Positions 62,716-64,000 of a stretch of DNA of 64,000 nt are shown here, in pieces; positions within the stretch are counted from its first letter, which is position 1; each line of letters opens with the position of its first letter. Origin of the DNA: Adineta vaga (lineage: Eukaryota > Animalia > Rotifera). A program made the translations under genes and the position numbers. The notes under the pieces are model-generated. The model was given only the letters and a program-made list of their open reading frames with translations, had not been told where the DNA came from and made no database searches. The stretch spans positions 1 through 64,000 of the forward strand of contig CP075492.1 of NCBI GenBank assembly GCA_021613535.1. Reading direction: 5' to 3'.

Positions 62716-64000
62716 ATGACTCATAATCCAACTACAGAAACATTATCAATGATTATGAAAACTATTTTTCTTTCATCACAACAACAACAACAACATGAAC
62801 AATGTTCATCAATTTCTTTATTTACAAAATTTGATTATTTAAGTCAATTACGATTATCTATGAATGCAAATATTTCTCATCAATCAATTATACCAGTTTT
62901 TCCTGTATTTAATGATCAATATGAATATTATCCATTATTAAGTAATATTCCAGGTATGCTTATGTATATGTATATAGTCTTATTTTGTTTCCTGTAATAT
63001 TCTATTTGTAGATGAACAATTATCAAAAGAAGAACATCAACTTAGAATTTCTTATCTGTACCAAGATCTCATAAATAAGACAATATCATCATTGACATAT
63101 ACAAATGAAACAGAAAATGATATACGAAAAATGTTACAGTACTATTCTCGAAAATGGCTCATTGATGAACATATCCTAATAGTCAATTTAAATCGATTAC
63201 TTTCAATACTTTCTCAATTGAAATTGAATGATTTTCATATTCAACAACAGCAAATATTATTTACATTATCTATTCAAGAATGGTTTCAAGTTTTAGAATT
63301 CTATCTACAAATGGATGGTTTGTGTTGATTAGAAAAAAATGAACATTCCTTTTTGCTTCTTATTCTACTAGAACAATGTTTCTTTATGAAAACATGTACA
63401 TTTCGTAATGCAAAACTTCGTTCTACAAACGAAGGTTTATTTTGTACAATGCTACCTGAAGCTCGATATGGTATGAAAAAATGTCGAGATCAAGCTTGTT
63501 TGTTCTGTTATGAACGTTTGGATATAACTCGACGATTCGAACCAGCAATGTACTTTTCTAATAGACAAATTCATCAATTTATCAATCAGTATCAAGTCTA
63601 TTTAAATTGTGATGTTGTAAGTTTCACATAGAAATACAATTTTTATCTATTCATTATTCATTTAGTTTTGTAAAACTTCGAATGTCATCTATGCTTTGAC
63701 TTGTCCATGTCATCAAAATGATTATATTGGTCGTTGTGTAGGACCTTTTCGAGATCGAATGAGGCGTACATTTTTTTTTCCATTCCTTCGAATTTTTTTA
63801 TTCTATATCAAATCTATCTAGAACATCGTATGAATGCTTGTCGACTTTTGTGCAATTTTTTCATTGGAACAATTGTTGCTGATCGTCTTCAAAATGAAAG
63901 AGAAGAAAATCCGTAAGTTAATCTATTATTACAATCGAGATGATGATGATGACGATGTCATATGAATCTTATTGATTATTTTAGAAAGACTAGTGTTAAT
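62716..64000 (+). CDS. Spliced PLE-type GIY-YIG endonuclease gene, runs off the window
   Basis: Exon joins give CRDQACLFC...LNCDV^FCKTSNVIYALTCPCHQNDYIGRCVGPFRDRMR^QHR (intron 63617-63665, next intron ending at 63821). Confidence 0.8.

Overview
AT-rich eukaryotic DNA with short (~50-65 nt) GT-AG introns. Bdelloid rotifer origin is inferred from the (TGTGGG)n-type telomeric tract, Athena/Terminon retroelement parts and the expanded FG-GAP, TPR and LDLa-GPCR families. The window looks like a subtelomeric, TE-rich region. 1-17.8 kb is Penelope-like Athena/Terminon territory: an intron-containing RT and coiled-coil ORF1 with a slippery site and H-type pseudoknot, further minus-strand coiled-coil/TM/Arg-rich ORFs, an inserted intact piggyBac, and a structured non-coding block ending in a type III hammerhead. 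It ends in three 'hammerhead + ACACCC' termini, the last joined by a telomeric tract to a 5'-truncated FG-GAP gene, consistent with a healed chromosome break followed by serial retroelement additions. 19.4-33.9 kb is a ~4,824-aa EGF/IPT-TIG type I membrane protein with an 11-kb exon. 35.8-43.6 kb is a complete Ty3/gypsy LTR element with a DEDDy exonuclease ORF3. 43.7-52.5 kb holds decayed TPR and GPCR genes and an intact ubiquitin-like/ADP-ribosyltransferase-like gene. 52.7-62.5 kb is a CMC/EnSpm-like DNA transposon with two accessory genes. From 62.7 kb a spliced PLE-type GIY-YIG gene runs off the window. All calls come from motif reading by eye; no database searches were run.
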